A stretch of DNA of 64,000 nucleotides from Deltaproteobacteria bacterium. Its GTDB lineage: Bacteria; Myxococcota; JACRCW01. Made by a program: the position numbers and the translations under genes. Below are positions 60,298 to 64,000 of the stretch, in pieces. Each line of letters opens with the position of its first letter. Position 1 is the stretch's first letter. Under the pieces are notes generated by a model. It did not search any database, had not been told where the DNA came from, and saw only the letters and a list, made by a program, of their open reading frames with translations. The DNA lies in assembly GCA_016218805.1 (NCBI GenBank), contig JACRCW010000085.1, positions 1 to 64,000 of the forward strand, read 5' to 3'.

Positions 60298-61833
60298 ATG
60301 TCACTCAATCACCGATTGTCGCGCTTTCATTCACGCACTTGGGTTGGTTGCCTCACCTGCCTGGGCCTGGTGGCCTGCGGCAACCCGGAGTCCCGGGCGC
60401 CTGCTGCGGCGGGCACCCCGGAACGCGGGCCGGCGGCGGCGGCGGCTCCATCGCTGGACGCACCGGTGCTGCCCACCGTGGAGGTCTACCTGCGCGCCGA
60501 GGCGTTCGACCTCCCGGCCATGGCGTTCAACAATCCCGCGCCCATCCGCATGTGGGGTTTTGCGGAATGCAAGGAGGCGTTCACGTCCTGCGGGCAGCCC
60601 ACGGTGCCGGGCCCCGCGCTGGGCGTGGAGGAGGGCGGCACCCTGACCATCCACGTCATCAACGGCCTTGCCGGGCCGTACGTGGAGCCGGTCTCCGTGG
60701 TCATCCCCGGCCAGGCGGCCACCATGAATCCAGTCTGGTTTGATCCCGTTACCGGGTCGGTGACGGCCACGGGCGCCCGTCCGGCGGGGGACTACACGTC
60801 GCGGGTCCGCTCGTTCACGGCGGAGACGCCGCCGGATGGCGCCACGGTGACGTCCTACTCGTGGACCGGATTGCGGGCCGGCACCTACCTCTACCAGTCC
60901 GGGAGCCACCCCGCCGTGCAGATGCAGATGGGCCTGTTCGGCGCGTTGCTGGTGTATCCGGTCAACAGCGCGCTGGCGTACCCGGATCCATCCACGGCTT
61001 TTGATGCTGAGGTTACGCTGCTCTTCAGCGAAATCGACCCCGTCCTCCACGACGCCATTGCCGCCGGGCTGTACGGTTCGCAGCCTCCCTCGCCACCGCC
61101 CGCTGGGTGGCTCACCAGCACCATTGAGTACCGCCCGCAGTACTTCTTCATCAACGGGCAGTCCTTCCGTCCGGCCATGCCCGTGCTGCCTGCGGGCGTG
61201 CGTGGCGGGCGCCTGTTGATCCGCTTCTTGAATGCGGGCCTTTCCAACCGGGTGCCTGCGGTGCAGGGTCCGTACATGTCCGTGATTGCGGAGGATGGGC
61301 ACCCGTACATGGTGACGTCCTCCACCGGCTCGGTGTTGCCGGCGCCGCGCGAGCAGTACTCCGTGCTGCTCCCCGCGGGAAAGACCGTGGACGCCATCCT
61401 GGTGCCGGCGGCCGCGGGCGATATCCCCGTTTACGACCGGCGCTTTGGTCTCTCCAACGCGGGGACGTCTCCGGGCGGGATGCTGGTTTACCTGGCGGTT
61501 GCCGGTACGGCTCCCTCCCAGCAGCCGCTGCGCCTGTCCACCACGCGCCTGGTCTTCAACACGGCCGGACTGCGGGCGGTGACGGTGCGGAATACCGGCA
61601 TTTCCGCGCGCGTGATCACGGGGGCGGAAATTGTGGGCGGGGGGGCCAACCCGGCACCGGATGCGTTCTCCGTGTCCAACACGGCTCCGGTCACCCTGGC
61701 AGGGGGTTCATCCGCCACCTTCCTGGTGTCCTTCAACCCCACCACCACCAACCCCACGGCGCTGCTGAACTTCAGCACCAATGACCCCCTCACCCCATTG
61801 CTGACGGTCCGGTTGGTCGGCATCCGCCGTTGA
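60298..61833 (+). CDS. Multicopper-oxidase-like lipoprotein subunit C (no canonical Cu ligands) with C-terminal Ig-like domain
   Basis: Lipobox LVAC, PGP.L.V.EG, SVVIPGQ, GTYLYQSG...MGLFGAL, FING and RFLNAG. Confidence 0.8.
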   Translation: MSLNHRLSRFHSRTWVGCLTCLGLVACGNPESRAPAAAGTPERGPAAAAAPSLDAPVLPTVEVYLRAEAFDLPAMAFNNPAPIRMWGFAECKEAFTSCGQPTVPGPALGVEEGGTLTIHVINGLAGPYVEPVSVVIPGQAATMNPVWFDPVTGSVTATGARPAGDYTSRVRSFTAETPPDGATVTSYSWTGLRAGTYLYQSGSHPAVQMQMGLFGALLVYPVNSALAYPDPSTAFDAEVTLLFSEIDPVLHDAIAAGLYGSQPPSPPPAGWLTSTIEYRPQYFFINGQSFRPAMPVLPAGVRGGRLLIRFLNAGLSNRVPAVQGPYMSVIAEDGHPYMVTSSTGSVLPAPREQYSVLLPAGKTVDAILVPAAAGDIPVYDRRFGLSNAGTSPGGMLVYLAVAGTAPSQQPLRLSTTRLVFNTAGLRAVTVRNTGISARVITGAEIVGGGANPAPDAFSVSNTAPVTLAGGSSATFLVSFNPTTTNPTALLNFSTNDPLTPLLTVRLVGIRR

Positions 61834-61852
61834 CGGCGCCGGGAGGTGCACC

Positions 61853-62314
61853 ATGAGCGCGGGACGCAACAGCAGCGTGTGGTGGGTGGCCTGGTGCGCG
61901 GCCGGCGTGCTGCTCGGCCAGCAGGTTGCAGCGGCGGAACGTGCGGTCCGGGCCCCGGAGGCCCGAGCCACTCGCGCCGTCAGCGAAACCTGGGGAATTG
62001 AACCGGTGGCGGTCCGCACCTCCGGCGGAGGGCGCATGGTGGATTTTCGCTACCGCGTGGTGGACGCGCAGAAAGCCCGTCAGTTGTTTGACCGCAAGCT
62101 GAAACCGGTCCTGCGGGACCACCGGAGCCGCGCGCAGCTGGCCATGCCGGAGGACACCAAGCTTGGCGGCCTGCGTTCCAGCCCGCGCGCACAGCCGGAG
62201 AACGGCAAGGTCTATTACGTGCTGTTCGCCAACCCCAACAAGACCATTGCCCGGGGCGCCAAGGTTGACGTCGTCATGGGTGACTGCGTGCTGGCCAACC
62301 TGGTGGTGCAATAG
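61853..62314 (+). CDS. Exported hypothetical protein
   Basis: GGAGG RBS, signal peptide, and position within the operon. Confidence 0.7.
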   Translation: MSAGRNSSVWWVAWCAAGVLLGQQVAAAERAVRAPEARATRAVSETWGIEPVAVRTSGGGRMVDFRYRVVDAQKARQLFDRKLKPVLRDHRSRAQLAMPEDTKLGGLRSSPRAQPENGKVYYVLFANPNKTIARGAKVDVVMGDCVLANLVVQ

Positions 62315-62324
62315 CGGGGAAATC

Positions 62325-63641
62325 ATGCACCACCTCCGCCGCGGTCCAGGTCTGGCCGCCCTCGCCCTTCTTGGCTGCGGGATGCCGGACCCCGCCCGGG
62401 AAGCCGCGGAAATGCGGGTGGTCATCCGGATGGCGGACCAGGCCGTGCCACCGGGACCGGAGCCCGGTCACGCGGCGGCCGCCCTCAGGAGCCAGGCGGA
62501 GGTCACGCAGGCTGGATTGCGGGCCTTCCTGCGTGCGCACGGCGGCCGGCGGCTGACGCCCCTGCCCATCATCAACGGTGTGTCCGCGTTCATTCCGCAC
62601 GGCCTGCTGCCCGCAGTGTCCCGGTTTCCGGGTGTTGACCGGGTGGTGGCGGACCCCGGCTGGCGGTTCCCCGCCGCCACCCCGGCGGGGACGGGATCGC
62701 CGGGATGGAATCTGCAGTCGGTGCACGCGGACGCGCTGTGGGCGCGCGGCTTCCGCGGCCAGGGCGTGGTGGCGGCCAACATGGATACCGGCGTGGACGT
62801 GCGCCACGTGGACGTGGCGGACCGCTGGCGCGGCGGTGACAACAGCTGGTTTGACCCGTTCACGGACAGCGTTGAGCCGTATGACCCCATTGGTCACGGC
62901 ACACAGACCCTGGGCATCATGCTGGGCGGCAGCGGTTTCGGGGTCGCGCCGGGCGCGCAATGGATTGCGGCAAGGATCTATGATGATTCCGGGCATTCTT
63001 CATTGACGGTGGTTCACCAGGCGTTCTTCTGGCTGCTGGACCCGGACGGCGATCCCGCGACGCCGGACGCTCCGCGGGTGGTCAACGCTTCGTGGGCCAT
63101 TGGTGATTCCGTAGGTTGCGACCTGGAGTTCATGCCGGACGTCCAGCGGCTCACCTCCGCGGGGATCCTGGTGGTGTTTCCCGCGGGCAATGCGGGGCCA
63201 CGGGAAGGCTCGGGGGGGAGCCCGGCTGACAATCCCGGCTCTTTCGCCGTCGCGGCCGTGGATCGCGACGGACGCGTGGCGTCGTTCAGCAGTCGCGGCC
63301 CGTCGGCCTGCCATGACGGCGTCTTTCCGCATGTAGCCGCTCCGGGCATGGACATTGTCACGCTGGATGTCTCGCTTCCCGGGATTCCGCAGTACGCGGT
63401 GGTTGCCGGGAGTTCATTTGCGGCGCCGCATGTGGCGGGCGCCGCCGCGCTGTTGCTGTCCGCGTTTCCCTCCCTTTCTCCCGCCCAGCTCCGCTGGGCC
63501 CTGACTGCGGGCGCGCGGGATGGGGACGCCCCCGGGCCTGACGCGCGTGTCGGGCACGGGATTCTTGACGTTGCCGCTTCCCACGTTGCGCTGCAGCGCG
63601 CTGTGGCTCGCGGCTACTTGCTGCACCCACCCACCGACTGA
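62325..63641 (+). CDS. S8 subtilisin-family serine protease (lipoprotein)
   Basis: Lipobox LLGC, MDTG, GHGT, AGN and GSSFAAPHVAG. Confidence 0.92.
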   Translation: MHHLRRGPGLAALALLGCGMPDPAREAAEMRVVIRMADQAVPPGPEPGHAAAALRSQAEVTQAGLRAFLRAHGGRRLTPLPIINGVSAFIPHGLLPAVSRFPGVDRVVADPGWRFPAATPAGTGSPGWNLQSVHADALWARGFRGQGVVAANMDTGVDVRHVDVADRWRGGDNSWFDPFTDSVEPYDPIGHGTQTLGIMLGGSGFGVAPGAQWIAARIYDDSGHSSLTVVHQAFFWLLDPDGDPATPDAPRVVNASWAIGDSVGCDLEFMPDVQRLTSAGILVVFPAGNAGPREGSGGSPADNPGSFAVAAVDRDGRVASFSSRGPSACHDGVFPHVAAPGMDIVTLDVSLPGIPQYAVVAGSSFAAPHVAGAAALLLSAFPSLSPAQLRWALTAGARDGDAPGPDARVGHGILDVAASHVALQRAVARGYLLHPPTD

Positions 63642-63652
63642 CCGGAGGCACC

Positions 63653-64000
63653 ATGCACCCCGTCCGCTTCTCCACGTTTGCCGTTGTGCTTGCCCTGCTT
63701 GCGTTGCCGGCGTCCGCAGCGGAGGGTGCCCCGCCGTCGGAGCACTGCCCGCACCACGCGGCACCTGCGGCCGCCACGCCCTACGCCCGCTCCCTTCACA
63801 GCTACAGGCCGCCGGACGTGACCCTGGTGGACCAGGACGGCCGCCGCGTGCCGCTTTCGGCCGCGCTGCGCACGGACGTTCCGGTGGCGGTGAACTTCAT
63901 CTTCACCACGTGCACCACGGTGTGCCCGGTGATGAGCGCCACGTTCGCCGGCGTGCGGCGCCGGCTGGGCGCGGACGGCGAACGGCTGCAAATGGTCTCT
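63653..64000 (+). CDS. SCO family copper chaperone (3'-truncated)
   Basis: GGAGG RBS, signal peptide, LVDQDGR and NFIFTTCTTVCP (CxxxC). Read directly from the + strand. Confidence 0.88.
   Translation, partial: MHPVRFSTFAVVLALLALPASAAEGAPPSEHCPHHAAPAAATPYARSLHSYRPPDVTLVDQDGRRVPLSAALRTDVPVAVNFIFTTCTTVCPVMSATFAGVRRRLGADGERLQMVS

Overview
Very GC-rich bacterial DNA, probably Myxococcota (TIGR02266-type PilZ-like protein, many sigma-54 activators). From left to right it contains: (1) the edge of a probable defence locus (AAA ATPase, frameshifted partner, orphan DpnA/CcrM-like DNA methyltransferase); (2) housekeeping genes (folB, an EfpL-type elongation factor, tRNA-Leu(GAG), glycolipid synthase, Slt) with two unusual repeat structures, an 88-bp hairpin-rich tandem array and a ~234-bp tandem duplication carrying an AT-rich palindrome; (3) an ~18-kb arsenic/metalloid island with arsR-arsD(+CMD domain)-arsA-acr3-arsC-arsM and a Tat-exported Psr/Arr-superfamily molybdoenzyme operon that lacks an NrfD anchor and instead begins with a collagen-stalked triheme lipoprotein, plus moaA and an AioXSR/ArxXSR-like sensor triad; (4) an AmmeMemoRadiSam pair with export signals and a TRAP permease, separated by a ~1-kb REP-bearing insert flanked by 41-bp direct repeats; (5) a copper operon with a 1756-aa secreted protein, three paralogous two-domain cupredoxin proteins whose copper ligands are split between chains, an S8 protease and SCO. 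The two best candidates for undescribed systems are the split, possibly heterotrimeric, multicopper oxidase and the collagen-cytochrome/molybdoenzyme module. All calls come from reading motifs by eye. No database searches were run.
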